A stretch of DNA of 64,000 bases from the IMG/VR virus record IMGVR_UViG_3300025816_000006, positions 1-64,000 of that record, one strand, 5' to 3'. Source of the DNA: a virus. This document shows positions 25,501 through 35,446 of this stretch, in pieces; within the stretch, counting starts at the first letter, position 1; each line of letters opens with the position of its first letter. The notes under the pieces are model-generated. The model searched no databases. It saw nothing but the letters and a program-made list of their open reading frames with translations, and was not told the DNA's origin. Both the position numbers and the translations under genes were made by a program.

Positions 25501-26509
25501 AAATTGGACTATCAGTGATGGAACAGTAACAAGAAACATAAGATCACTTGAAGAAACTCAATTCCTTGGTATTAGCGGCATAGAAACACAAACTAAAACC
25601 ACTGGTGCTAGCGGGCTTTCCATATCCGCAAGACCAATATCTGGAGTTTTGCATGGAATCATTGGGGAAAGCGGTGCAAAAATACTTAACTATGTTAACG
25701 GTAGCTTCTTTGATGATTTAGTCAAGCCACAGATTAGTACTATAGCTGGAAATTTAGACTCGGCTATTGATACGAATTTGAGAGGCTTAATAGCAGACAA
25801 CACTAATTCTGTCAGCGGTCTAATTGGATTTACTAGCGGTGTATTAGATAGACACATTGACTTTGTAAGCGGTGTTCTTGATAGATATGTGGATGTTGCT
25901 AGTGGTAATTTGGATAGTTATATTGATACCGTTAGTGGGTTTTTCCTCGATGCTACGGTCAATAATAACACTTCTGCTGGAAGCGGCTTGGTAAAAATAG
26001 CAGGACAGTTCAATACCGCTGGAAGCGGTAACTTTGAAAGAGTAATATTAAATCAAAATGGAACTCACCCAAGTGGACAGATTGTTGCTGACAGTGGACG
26101 CGAAGGTGTTACTCAATACCACGACATTGTTAACAGTAGCGGATATTTAGTAGTTCCTGTTAGGTCGAAATTTGAAGACTTAAAAACTCTTAATCATATA
26201 AATCCTGTCAACAGCGGAGCGATTGCTTTCGCCGGTGGACATGTTAGAGTAGCCAATGGTTTAGCTTGGTCTAGACCTCCAGTAATTGAAGGGTTTATGG
26301 ATGAAGATCTTGACGCTCCTACAGATTATTCAAGTCCAACTAGTGGTAAACTTGTAACGAGAAACGAGCTTTTTCAAGCCTCGGATATCCACTACGTAAC
26401 GAACAGAGATCATACTTTTGCTGCTAGTGGCGGATATTTCTTGATGGCAATGTTAGTAAATAACGAATACAGGCCGGTTTGGAGTACATGCTCTGGCTGT
26501 GCATCTTAG
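22547..26509 (+). CDS. large Ser-Gly-rich fibre protein
   Basis: N-terminal NxAxG 14-aa beta-roll (YadA/Hep_Hag-like) repeats, then SG-punctuated coiled-coil-like repeats. Confidence 0.75.
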   Translation: MAQLSRQEFNEFLQANLPDNSSRDISALDLRNTFLNLADSVVSFLSDQNLSSNNFSSISTRSTVAGDIALERRGVAGVENQDNSAFGYAALEVNFAGVKNTAIGSLAASCNALGSNNIAVGVNSLGSITTGSGNLGLGNYSLMSNKFGDFNIAIGHGAGYLAPKSSSFKFYLGVYPEASGDCDQLVDGIDKPPLLYGDLQSLQLGIGVSGFRGSEKLAVSGDIIPYESGGAFSLGSGDYRWNAHIQDLYVSGSIFTGSESASFYEYKITDGLSAADVISDGETVAISGISGILTDYSSNIMRISAAPLSGVIDSQFLSLSGVDPSFGGVSGLIWNVSGWAEQYADSVGAAAGAYTHWKVSDGTNNNNITAPPNAVNTLIFGGISGVTTNYRSDTNTLEVSAHPLSGFVDFRFEEVSGKLNDISGVNGLINGLSGVLQPQITTNDSRASGLIHASGDYLLNLIYNSGDNVRKHADQVLIDAKAFTNLASGALRGAIADSGYLFSGILQSQINTNDSRTSGIFNTLSGVAPSIFGPSGLIYHVSGAAFEHANNIAAAAGSYTHWNLTDGSNNKNIEHSNVVRFTGENGVTAVYDSVASIFTINAGPISGVLIKTSVANDTNASGLIAFNDSRASGLISFTSGVLDRFIKSASGNVLSYSEDLSGVLRGEINDLTTATVGTIDQRIAASKADIVNNVITPLDNSIHSPAGLSGTLQHDIDSVSGYTEGLNNFFDTRASGYINTLSGVIIDHDFFAFDGIVHKVSGVALREIARQISEFSTDLLSGDTGKWKVGDQTLADTKDISFNSTLNIVGKDGLTTFLGGDSTPFSLTVDAQPISGYLEAIAYEITGVQGCFESKIRAASGLALYVSGVAREAVGASGALISGWAHDSFLHYDNRASGLSDHLSGILRAGISDSGAFFDNRASGLIAFTSGVAREAVGASGALISGWAHDSFLYYNDRASGLPVHVSGILNDKIQALTLASDAYINWTISDGTVTRNIRSLEETQFLGISGIETQTKTTGASGLSISARPISGVLHGIIGESGAKILNYVNGSFFDDLVKPQISTIAGNLDSAIDTNLRGLIADNTNSVSGLIGFTSGVLDRHIDFVSGVLDRYVDVASGNLDSYIDTVSGFFLDATVNNNTSAGSGLVKIAGQFNTAGSGNFERVILNQNGTHPSGQIVADSGREGVTQYHDIVNSSGYLVVPVRSKFEDLKTLNHINPVNSGAIAFAGGHVRVANGLAWSRPPVIEGFMDEDLDAPTDYSSPTSGKLVTRNELFQASDIHYVTNRDHTFAASGGYFLMAMLVNNEYRPVWSTCSGCAS

Positions 26510-26518
26510 GGGGTTTAA

Positions 26519-29215
26519 ATGGCTAGAGGTAACTGTTGTGACATATGCACTCCCCCTCCAGACTCCTGTGTGCTAGGGGCTTGCTGCTATGACGACGGAG
26601 ATAACGTTGACATTACCTGTGAAGATAATGTAACGGAGTCGTATTGTCTCACAAAAGCAAATTCTGTATTTAACGCTAGAGGTGTTTGCGGAGAAAAAAT
26701 AACTTGTGACAGTTACTATGAACCTAAACTATCTCAGCTTGGGGGTTATTCTTACATAGTTATAAAGTCGGATGGATCTGTAGTCACTTGGAAGACAATA
26801 TCAGAGGAAGATGATCCATTTAGAAGAAGGTCTGGCATAAACACCGAAGAGTCTTTGATGCTTTCAGACGAAGACGCTTTAAGAATACAACCCACACCGT
26901 TTGGTGACAATGGCGCTGTTAGGATACATGCAGATGGTAATCAATTTTGCGCCGTAAGGAAAAAAGATGGAACATTTGTTGCATGGGGTAAGCATATAGA
27001 TAGCTCTCAGGCGACAGTTATAGAAGAGGGTATAAAAAACGCAAAGAAAATAATATACTCTACAAATTCTGGTTGCGCCCTGAAAGAAGATGGAACGATA
27101 TTTACTTTCTACTTTGGCCCTGTTTATCAATCCACTCTTAATACTGGTTTCCGTATACCTGCAAATCTTTCTGCTTTATTGTCAGACCCAAACAATCCCG
27201 TTGTAGATATATTTGTTAATGGCGAGCAAGGCATCGGCGGTGCGTTTTGCGCACTTCTTAAAGATAACAACGCTTTTATGTGGGGCTATGTTACGGCGGG
27301 GTCGCAACAAGGCTATCATCCCTATGATGTGAATGAAGACGGGAGAATAACGACTTCTGATATACTTTCAATTCTTAACTTTGTTAGTCGTGGAGATCCT
27401 TATAACAGCAGATACGATTTAAATAACGACGGGAGAGTAACGTCTTCTGATACTCTTTTAATTCTCAACTACACCTCCTCGTATGGAGAGAGTAGCGACA
27501 GCGAGACAGAGGGCATTCAAAAACCGATTACAAATGTTAGCGGTGTATTCGGTGGCGCTGCCAGCTTTAGTTTCATAAAAAATGATGGATCTTTTTATAC
27601 AACATTGAATCCCGGCAGCAAGCAGTCTCAATTAACAAACGTTAGCGGTGTTTTCTTTACACGGAGCGCAGCTTGTGCATTACAGCACGACGGAACAGTT
27701 GTTGCTTGGGGCAACTCTAGTTATGGTGGGTTTATTGATCCTGTGCTTCAGCAAAGTTTAGATGAAAGGCCGATCACAAATGTGTTTGCGTCAGAAGGAG
27801 CCTTTGTTGCCACAAGAGGTCCATCTCCAAACAGGCTACTTTCTGTCGAAAACTTAATCTCTTGGGGACACGCTGATTACGGTGGTGATAAATCGAAAAT
27901 ATATACGGGTTTTAATGACCCGAACACCGACTTAAAATTTAGAGGCGGGCCGTATCATGTTTTTGAAACAAGAAAAGGATTTGTTTTTTCTAGCATGACT
28001 CATTGGGGAGGTCTAAACTACACAAATTTTGACCCATACGGAAACAATAATTTTATTGATGACAAATCTCCGTTTAAACCGGCTGTTGATGTCAAATCTA
28101 ATTATTATGCAATTTCAGCGATTAATGATGAAGGAAGGGTGTTTTCTTTTGGTAGAATTGCCAACGGTGGATACGGAACAAGTGAGAGGTTTGATGGTTT
28201 AGATCGTAAGTTTACGCCCATTAGAAAGCTCAGACTTGAGGTTTTAGTTTCTAATGAAAATTCGTTTGCGGGTTTTTCCAAAGATGGCGGCATAGTTTGT
28301 TGGGGAAATGCTGATTTTACTGAGGACTGCATAAGTGTTGATACGGATGCTGAATACATCGAGGCGTCTTTGAATAGAAATACTACAACTGGCGTTACTC
28401 AACGTTTTATTGACAAGCAACTGAAAAAGATAGGATCTAATGTAAATCTTCATGGAGACCTAATAACGGCTGGTTATGAAGGATGTACATCATCTTCTAC
28501 CCAGAAAGATTTCTGTAAAACAGAAGATAGTCTAAGAGTAGATTGTAATCCACACACCGGCAAGTGTGATTACGGATTGGGAGATTTTTATCCTTTTATT
28601 AAAGTTGATAATTGTAAACAATGCGAAGAAATAGCTAACAATAAATCTTACGGCTCGACTCCCTATACCAGTATCCATCTTTTCACCAGAGACGCCGTGC
28701 TTGTGCCTAATTTTCAGCCAACGCAAAATGGAACAGAAGTTACATGTTTTAGAGAAGATTCAAACTGCGAAACTATTGGTGGCGGTCTTCGGGTTATAAC
28801 AAACGGCTCCTCTTCCTACGCTACAACAAAATCACGGTGTGAACAAGGAAATCTCGGCAACAGAGGCGTAGCCGTAAGCGGTGATGAAACATACTACAGT
28901 AAATTCCCAACTCCCATATTTGGAGCGGATGTTGGCCCCGGACCTAGCGGTTCTTGCTGCTTTGGTTTGATTTGCGAAGAAGGATATAATGAATATAAAC
29001 ACCACCCTAATTCAGAACAATGTAGAGACTTTAAGATATGCTACGAGCTTTTAACGGAGCAGCAGTGCTATCAACAAAAGTTTACCTTGAAGGCAGGAAC
29101 GTCTTTAACACCAATTAATTTTCTTAATAATGAAATAACTTATAAAACATATCATGATTTTGTTCCAGACGTAAATTGCGTAGACAGAACAGGGGAGGAA
29201 GGATGTCAACCGTAG
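26519..29215 (+). CDS. Cys-rich protein with RCC1-like repeats and dockerin-type duplicated Ca-binding motif
   Basis: LGACC/GSCC ends; DGxVVxWG repeats; YDVNEDGRITTSDILSILNF / YDLNNDGRVTSSDTLLILNY. Confidence 0.75.
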   Translation: MARGNCCDICTPPPDSCVLGACCYDDGDNVDITCEDNVTESYCLTKANSVFNARGVCGEKITCDSYYEPKLSQLGGYSYIVIKSDGSVVTWKTISEEDDPFRRRSGINTEESLMLSDEDALRIQPTPFGDNGAVRIHADGNQFCAVRKKDGTFVAWGKHIDSSQATVIEEGIKNAKKIIYSTNSGCALKEDGTIFTFYFGPVYQSTLNTGFRIPANLSALLSDPNNPVVDIFVNGEQGIGGAFCALLKDNNAFMWGYVTAGSQQGYHPYDVNEDGRITTSDILSILNFVSRGDPYNSRYDLNNDGRVTSSDTLLILNYTSSYGESSDSETEGIQKPITNVSGVFGGAASFSFIKNDGSFYTTLNPGSKQSQLTNVSGVFFTRSAACALQHDGTVVAWGNSSYGGFIDPVLQQSLDERPITNVFASEGAFVATRGPSPNRLLSVENLISWGHADYGGDKSKIYTGFNDPNTDLKFRGGPYHVFETRKGFVFSSMTHWGGLNYTNFDPYGNNNFIDDKSPFKPAVDVKSNYYAISAINDEGRVFSFGRIANGGYGTSERFDGLDRKFTPIRKLRLEVLVSNENSFAGFSKDGGIVCWGNADFTEDCISVDTDAEYIEASLNRNTTTGVTQRFIDKQLKKIGSNVNLHGDLITAGYEGCTSSSTQKDFCKTEDSLRVDCNPHTGKCDYGLGDFYPFIKVDNCKQCEEIANNKSYGSTPYTSIHLFTRDAVLVPNFQPTQNGTEVTCFREDSNCETIGGGLRVITNGSSSYATTKSRCEQGNLGNRGVAVSGDETYYSKFPTPIFGADVGPGPSGSCCFGLICEEGYNEYKHHPNSEQCRDFKICYELLTEQQCYQQKFTLKAGTSLTPINFLNNEITYKTYHDFVPDVNCVDRTGEEGCQP

Positions 29216-30264
29216 GAAAGCTTTCAATAGGAATAGCCCATCACAATGATTTCGATGGCGCTTACTTCACAATTCAGGACATTAGAAAGGAACTTATTTA
29301 TAACGGAAGAAAAGATTTATTTGATAGAATAGAGTTTGTAATTGTAGAAAACAACAAAAAATCAGATCATGCAGAGGAATTGAAAAACTTTGCGGCCTCT
29401 ACGCTTTCTCAAAATAGATCACTAAATTATAATATATTCAGCGAGAGTGGCACTGCCGCCGTAAAAGATGAGATCGTAAGGCGCGCGACCGGAGACTTTG
29501 TTTTAGTTTTAGATTGTCATGTTTTGTTGTGTCCGACTGTATTGGTTATAGAGAAAATATTTGATTTTATGGAGAAAAATCCAGAGACAAACGACATCTA
29601 TAACGGACCATTAGTTCATGACAATATGTTTGGTCTCTCTACACACTATGAAAATACTTGGAGAGATAACAACTGGGGTACTTGGTCGTCTGCCTTCAAA
29701 TGCTCTTGCGGAGAGCTATACTTTGATATAGACTCAGACGTTGAAGAAGAAGAAATTATAATAAAAGATATATTTGATAACACTGAGGTACATCAATGCC
29801 CAAGCTGCTGTAAGGTTATGCCCAAAGATAAAGAACAGCTAAACAAAATGCTATCGTCTCAAGAATTACTACCCGTAGGACTTAATCCAGACGAAGAACC
29901 TTTTGAGATATTTGCCCAAGGAACCGGGTGTTTTTTGGTTAGAAGAGAATCTTGGCTTGGGTATAATGAACACGCAAGCGGCTTTGGTGGAGAAGAATGT
30001 TACATACACGAAAAGTATAGACAAAATGGAAACAAGGCATACTGCTTGCCGTTTTTAAAATGGCTACATAGATTTGGAAGGTCTGAAGATATAGAGTATC
30101 CAGCAAAGGTAGAATACAAGCTAAGAAACTATGTATTAGAATTTGTAGAGTTAAATTTAGACATGACTCCAATTTACCAGCATTTCGTTAAAGAAAATGG
30201 GTTTGACGAAATAGTGTATAATAGTTTTGTAAGAGAGGCAAAATATCTATATAATAGGGAATAG
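29203..30264 (+). CDS. GT-A fold (GT2-like) glycosyltransferase with Cys-rich insert
   Basis: LSIGIAHHND, EFVIVEN, ATGDFVLVLDCH, GFGGEE, WLHRF; start at ATG 29203 after GGAGG. Confidence 0.85.
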   Translation: MSTVGKLSIGIAHHNDFDGAYFTIQDIRKELIYNGRKDLFDRIEFVIVENNKKSDHAEELKNFAASTLSQNRSLNYNIFSESGTAAVKDEIVRRATGDFVLVLDCHVLLCPTVLVIEKIFDFMEKNPETNDIYNGPLVHDNMFGLSTHYENTWRDNNWGTWSSAFKCSCGELYFDIDSDVEEEEIIIKDIFDNTEVHQCPSCCKVMPKDKEQLNKMLSSQELLPVGLNPDEEPFEIFAQGTGCFLVRRESWLGYNEHASGFGGEECYIHEKYRQNGNKAYCLPFLKWLHRFGRSEDIEYPAKVEYKLRNYVLEFVELNLDMTPIYQHFVKENGFDEIVYNSFVREAKYLYNRE

Positions 30265-30267
30265 AAA

Positions 30268-33200
30268 ATGGCACTTATAATAGCAGATAGAGTAAAAGAA
30301 ACCACCATCACTCAGGGTACTGGAACAATTACCCTTAGTGGCGCTACATTTGGTGGTTTTCAGTCATTTTCCGATGCTATTGGTGAAGGTAACACCACCT
30401 ACTATTGCGTACAAAATGAGAGTAATTTTGAAATTGGTATTGGTACATTCTCATCCGGCAGTTTAAGCAGAGACACCGTAATAAAAAGTTCTAATTCTGA
30501 CAATAAAATATCTATTGTTGGAGTAGCTGTGGTCTTTGGGGTGGTTCCATCAAATAAACTTATATACAAAAACGCAGACGGTAACTTTGTAATATCGGGC
30601 GATATAAATGTAGACGATGTAAATGCCGATCTAGTTAGTGCAAACAGTGGCGACTTTGGATCTATCTTGACAAATGGTGCCACTAGCAGCGGGTTGCTTA
30701 CTTTAAAAAGAACTAACGCTGGAAACTTTATACATGCATATGTGGACGATGCAAACGATAGAACAATTGGTCTTTACTCTGACGCAAATACTTCCCCTAC
30801 GTGGAGGTTGGGGTTAAAAACTTCACCTCTTGACCCAACTGCTGCACCTAGTTATGGATATTTCTATGCCAGCGAGGGCGCTGGTGGATTGATTGGAAAT
30901 GCTGATAATCAAATAACCATAGCAAACTCTGCCCCTTTTGTAGTAAAACATCAAGGTGTAGATGTCATAACTGCTCACTATAGCACAGGTGTACACTTAC
31001 AATCTAACAGTAGTTCTTATCCAGCCTTCGTTGTCAACGGTGGTGCGGCGCTTTCTGCTGATATTCAAAGATGGAACAACAATGCAGGAACCGCTTTGTC
31101 TGTTGTTGATAATGCTGGTAATTTTGGAATTAGAAATTCTAATCCGTCCTATCAGTTAGACGTTACCGGAACTGGGAATTTTAGTCAAAGTATTCGTTTT
31201 GGCGACGGCACTGTTCAATCAACAGCTTATGTAAACTCTAGCGGCGAATTACAGTCTCAAATTACAACCAACGCCGCCGTTAGTGGGTCTTTACAATCAC
31301 AAATCACTTCTAATACTGCTGTGAGTGGGTCATTACAACCTCAAATTACAGTTAACGCTGCTGTTAGCGGTGTTTTGCAGTCTCAAATATCTAACATTGA
31401 ATCTACTTCTGTTCTTAGCGGTGTTCTTCAGCCTCAGATTACTATCAACGCTGCCGTTAGCGGCGTACTACAACCACAGATTACAACCAACGACACTAGA
31501 GCCAGTGGTTTAATAGCGAGCGTTAGCGGTGTATTGCAACATCCCGTTACTCTCAACTCTAACTTGAGTGGTGTATTACAACCACAGATTACAACCAACG
31601 ACACTAGAGCCAGTGGTCTGATTGCCAGCGTTAGCGGTGCGTTGCAGCACCCTGTTACTCTCAACTCCAATCTAAGTGGCGTTTTACAACCGCAAATCAC
31701 AACTAACGATACCAGAGCTAGCGGGCTTATACAGAGTACTATTGATAGTATGTCTGGAATTATCGTTAAAGAAGCCGATGGAAGCCCAAACGTAAGCAAT
31801 GTAAACACAATAGTTGTTGGCAATGGCACACTTACGGACAATAGTAATGGGCAAGTAACAATCACTACTGGAGGTGGAGTTGGTGGTATCTCCAACGTGG
31901 TTGAAGACACAACACCTCAGTTGGGTGGTACTTTAGATGCTAACGGAAATAGCATTGACATGGGTACTAACACCATTACTGACGCCAAGGTCGGACAGTG
32001 GGATACTGCATACGGATGGGGAGATCACAGTTCTGCTGGATACTTAACTGCTCATCCAACAATTGGCGCTGCTTCAAGCAGTGATAATTCAGGTAGAACT
32101 TACATCCAAGACATTACTCTTGATAGTAATGGACATGTTACGGGATTGGTAACAGCAACAGAGACAGTAACAAACACAGATACTCAACTCACCCAAGAGC
32201 AGGTTGAGGACTTTGTGGGAGGTATGCTAGACGGCGATGAGACATTTATAACTGTCACTTACGACGATACGGATGGCAATATAGACTTTACCGTTCCCGT
32301 TAAAGACGAAGATAATATGGCCTCTAATAGTGCTAGCCATTTAGCTACACAACAATCTATTAAATCTTATGTAGACACAGAGATAACCAATCTTATTGGT
32401 GGAGCGCCCGGAGCTTTAGATACACTGAATGAACTTGCAGCAGCGATTAATGACGATGCTAGTTATGCCTCAACTATTACTACTGCATTAGCTGGCAAAC
32501 AAGCTGTAGACGCAGGCTTGACATCTATAGCTGGATTAACTACCGCTGCTGACAAGATGATTTACACCACAGGCTCTGATACGTATGCTGTTACGGACTT
32601 GACAGCAGCAGCTAGGGGTTTATTGGATGATGCGAATGTTTCAGCGATGAGAACTACACTAGGTGTAGACGCTGCCGGTACTGACAACTCCACGAATGTA
32701 ACATTGGTTACATCAAGTCATGATTATCTTTCAATTTCAACTCAAGCAATAACGCTGGGTCAAATTGACATTGGGGATGACACAAACCTTACTGCTGGAG
32801 ACGGTTTAACATTAACGGGCGATACTTTAAGTGTAAATGTTGATGACAGCACAATAGAAATAAATAGTGATTCGCTAAGAGTTAAAGCCGATGGTATTGG
32901 TGCATCGCATCTTGCAAACACATCCGTAACTGCTGGAAGTTACACAAATGCAGACATCACGGTTGATGCTCAAGGTAGAATTACCGCCGCTGCCAATGGA
33001 AGCGGTGGAGGTGGTGGTGGTAGTATGTCTCAATTCATTCTAGAGGATGACAGTGGTGACGAAGTAACAATAGACAACAATAAAGAAGTCAAATTTATTG
33101 GTGCTGGCGGACTTACCATTAATTGGACTGACACAGATAACGGCACAGATGCCGACCCATACGACCTAACATTCACTATAGGTACACTTAACCAAAATAC

Positions 33201-34503
33201 AACAGGAAGTGCAGCTACTCTTACCACAGCAAGAGCTATAGCGCTAGATGGAGACGTAACAGGTACAGCAAACTTTGACGGTTCGGCAGGCATATCCATT
33301 ACTAGCACAATAGCTGATGATGCTGTCACTTACGCGAAGATGCAGAATGTCACCGCGACGAACGTGGTTCTTGGTAGAGATAGTGCTGGAGCAGGTATTG
33401 TAGAAGAAATAAGTGCTGCAAACCTCAGAACGATAATTAATGTTGAGGATGGGGCAGACGTTACAGATGCTACCAATGTGACCGCAGCGGGCGCCCTAAT
33501 GGATAGCGAGCTAACCGACTTAGCTGGTGTTAAAGGGGTTACTATCTCTACACTACAGGTTAAACCCACTGAAGGAGCTTTTGCCAATGGAGATAAGACT
33601 AAGCTAGATGGCATTGAGGCTAGTGCTGACGTAACGGATACAGCCAATGTAACTTCTGCTGGAGCCTTGATGGATTCAGAGGTAACAAATCTCGCACTTG
33701 TAAAAGCCTTAACAAAGGGTATTTCAGACGGAAACGTTCTAACAGCTAACGATGCAGTAGCAGACGATGACTTCCTTAGAATTAATGGTACAGAAGTAGA
33801 AGGTCGCACCGCTTCGGAAGTTCTCTCAGATATCTCAGCAGCACCAGCGGCGGGTAGCTCCAGTATTGTTACCGTAGGAACTATTGGCACAGGCACATGG
33901 CAGGGAACGGCGATTGCTACCGCGTATATTGCTGACGATGCTGTTACGGCTGACAAGCTAGCCAATACGTCAGTAACTGCGGGATCATACACAGCCGCTG
34001 ATATTACTGTGGATGCTCAAGGTAGAATTACCGCTGCTTCTAATGGTAGTGGCGGTGCTGTTTCTGCTGTTGCCAATGGTGCAGACAACAGAGTGGTAAC
34101 ATTCAGTAGCACTGACGCTCTAAATGGTGAAGCAAATCTAACTTTTGACGGCTCCACCCTCGCGGTCAATGGTGCTTTCACAGCAACCACAAAGTCGTTC
34201 TTGATAGACCACCCAACAAAAGAAGGGATGAAACTTCAGTATGCGTCTCTGGAAGGTCCAGAAAATGGTGTATATATTAGGGGAACTAGTGGTTCTAATA
34301 TTATTACACTGCCAGACTATTGGGCGGATTTAGTAGATCAGTCTACTGTCACAGTTACTCTTACTCCAATAGGATTTTATCAAGCACTTTACATAGAAGA
34401 AAAAGATAAAAATTACATAAAGGTTGGTGGCTCTAAAGGCAGTTATGATTACGTTGTTTACGGTGAGCGCAAAGACGTTGAAAAACTAAAGGTGGAGTGG
34501 TAA
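30268..34503 (+). CDS. long tail fibre protein
   Basis: ADRVKET N-terminus, APGALDTLNELAAAI, VTAGSYT..ITVDAQGRITAA, C-terminal KSFLIDHP...LEGPE domain. Confidence 0.85.
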   Translation: MALIIADRVKETTITQGTGTITLSGATFGGFQSFSDAIGEGNTTYYCVQNESNFEIGIGTFSSGSLSRDTVIKSSNSDNKISIVGVAVVFGVVPSNKLIYKNADGNFVISGDINVDDVNADLVSANSGDFGSILTNGATSSGLLTLKRTNAGNFIHAYVDDANDRTIGLYSDANTSPTWRLGLKTSPLDPTAAPSYGYFYASEGAGGLIGNADNQITIANSAPFVVKHQGVDVITAHYSTGVHLQSNSSSYPAFVVNGGAALSADIQRWNNNAGTALSVVDNAGNFGIRNSNPSYQLDVTGTGNFSQSIRFGDGTVQSTAYVNSSGELQSQITTNAAVSGSLQSQITSNTAVSGSLQPQITVNAAVSGVLQSQISNIESTSVLSGVLQPQITINAAVSGVLQPQITTNDTRASGLIASVSGVLQHPVTLNSNLSGVLQPQITTNDTRASGLIASVSGALQHPVTLNSNLSGVLQPQITTNDTRASGLIQSTIDSMSGIIVKEADGSPNVSNVNTIVVGNGTLTDNSNGQVTITTGGGVGGISNVVEDTTPQLGGTLDANGNSIDMGTNTITDAKVGQWDTAYGWGDHSSAGYLTAHPTIGAASSSDNSGRTYIQDITLDSNGHVTGLVTATETVTNTDTQLTQEQVEDFVGGMLDGDETFITVTYDDTDGNIDFTVPVKDEDNMASNSASHLATQQSIKSYVDTEITNLIGGAPGALDTLNELAAAINDDASYASTITTALAGKQAVDAGLTSIAGLTTAADKMIYTTGSDTYAVTDLTAAARGLLDDANVSAMRTTLGVDAAGTDNSTNVTLVTSSHDYLSISTQAITLGQIDIGDDTNLTAGDGLTLTGDTLSVNVDDSTIEINSDSLRVKADGIGASHLANTSVTAGSYTNADITVDAQGRITAAANGSGGGGGGSMSQFILEDDSGDEVTIDNNKEVKFIGAGGLTINWTDTDNGTDADPYDLTFTIGTLNQNTTGSAATLTTARAIALDGDVTGTANFDGSAGISITSTIADDAVTYAKMQNVTATNVVLGRDSAGAGIVEEISAANLRTIINVEDGADVTDATNVTAAGALMDSELTDLAGVKGVTISTLQVKPTEGAFANGDKTKLDGIEASADVTDTANVTSAGALMDSEVTNLALVKALTKGISDGNVLTANDAVADDDFLRINGTEVEGRTASEVLSDISAAPAAGSSSIVTVGTIGTGTWQGTAIATAYIADDAVTADKLANTSVTAGSYTAADITVDAQGRITAASNGSGGAVSAVANGADNRVVTFSSTDALNGEANLTFDGSTLAVNGAFTATTKSFLIDHPTKEGMKLQYASLEGPENGVYIRGTSGSNIITLPDYWADLVDQSTVTVTLTPIGFYQALYIEEKDKNYIKVGGSKGSYDYVVYGERKDVEKLKVEW
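31459..31735 (+). repeat. intragenic tandem repeat (~108-nt / 36-aa unit)
   Basis: SGVLQPQITTNDTRASGLIASVSG(V/A)LQHPVTLNSNL x2 plus partial. Confidence 0.85.
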
Positions 34504-35183
34504 TGGCTGTAACATACAACTCTAGTATTATTAGGGATAATTTAATTTTTTGCATGGACGCTGCTGATATAAATGGAGGATCGTCTGCTGAAGACATTGT
34601 AGGTTCTTCTACAACAGCGCTTGTTAATGAAGCTTCGTTTGATAGCGCTGATTACGGTTCTATTTTATTAGACGGTACGGATGATCACATAACTACAAAT
34701 TTAAGTAATTCTGTTTTCTCTAGTACTGACACGCAGTTTACTATAGATATTTGGTTAAAAGCAGACATAAATAATTCTGCACTTGGTATATATGGATTTA
34801 CTGATGGCGGGGGAGAGTATATAGAAATTAGAATGGATGGAACTAAATACATGTTTTCTACAAGGTATAATTCTATCACTAGAAGCGCAACTGGAACAGC
34901 GGTTACGAACACTTGGACAAACTTGACGTGCGTAAAAGCTCCGGGGCTACAAGATGTTTACCTTAATGGTGAGATAGAAACGGTTGGGTCTCCAAACACA
35001 GCGCAGGGAGACGATCTAAGTTTTGGAAGCATGTCGCCGGTTTTTGGGGCTAGAGGAAATTCTGCAAGTCCATCTGCCTCTTATTGGAATGGAAATATTT
35101 CTGTTGTCAGAGTTTACGATAGAGCTTTATCAAGTGTTGAAATAAGGACAAACTACAATGCTACTAAGAGGAGATATTTATGA
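34503..35183 (+). CDS. LamG/concanavalin-like domain protein
   Basis: LDGTDD...W.NLTCV...YLNG...GNISVVRVYDRALS..EI..NYNA. Confidence 0.85.
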   Translation: MAVTYNSSIIRDNLIFCMDAADINGGSSAEDIVGSSTTALVNEASFDSADYGSILLDGTDDHITTNLSNSVFSSTDTQFTIDIWLKADINNSALGIYGFTDGGGEYIEIRMDGTKYMFSTRYNSITRSATGTAVTNTWTNLTCVKAPGLQDVYLNGEIETVGSPNTAQGDDLSFGSMSPVFGARGNSASPSASYWNGNISVVRVYDRALSSVEIRTNYNATKRRYL

Positions 35184-35446
35184 GTCATAGTGATTTTGAC
35201 CACAGACATTACGTTGTTATTTCAGCAAGTGATGTCCCAAATATAGACTTTACTCAAGTGATGGAAACGTCTGCTGAGACTTTGCGTTTCAGTGTAGACG
35301 GAACCTTGACGTTTGTAAAGTATGAGGGCGACATGCCTTCAAGTGTAACCGCCTGCTCCAGCAAGAGTCAAGAGTATTCTCATGATGAGATTCTGGCGAT
35401 TCTGAATAATGAAGATCAGGTTTGGTGGGTGGAGGAAACACCGTAA
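35180..35446 (+). CDS. small hypothetical virion-associated protein
   Basis: Translationally coupled between LamG genes. Confidence 0.75.
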   Translation: MSHSDFDHRHYVVISASDVPNIDFTQVMETSAETLRFSVDGTLTFVKYEGDMPSSVTACSSKSQEYSHDEILAILNNEDQVWWVEETP

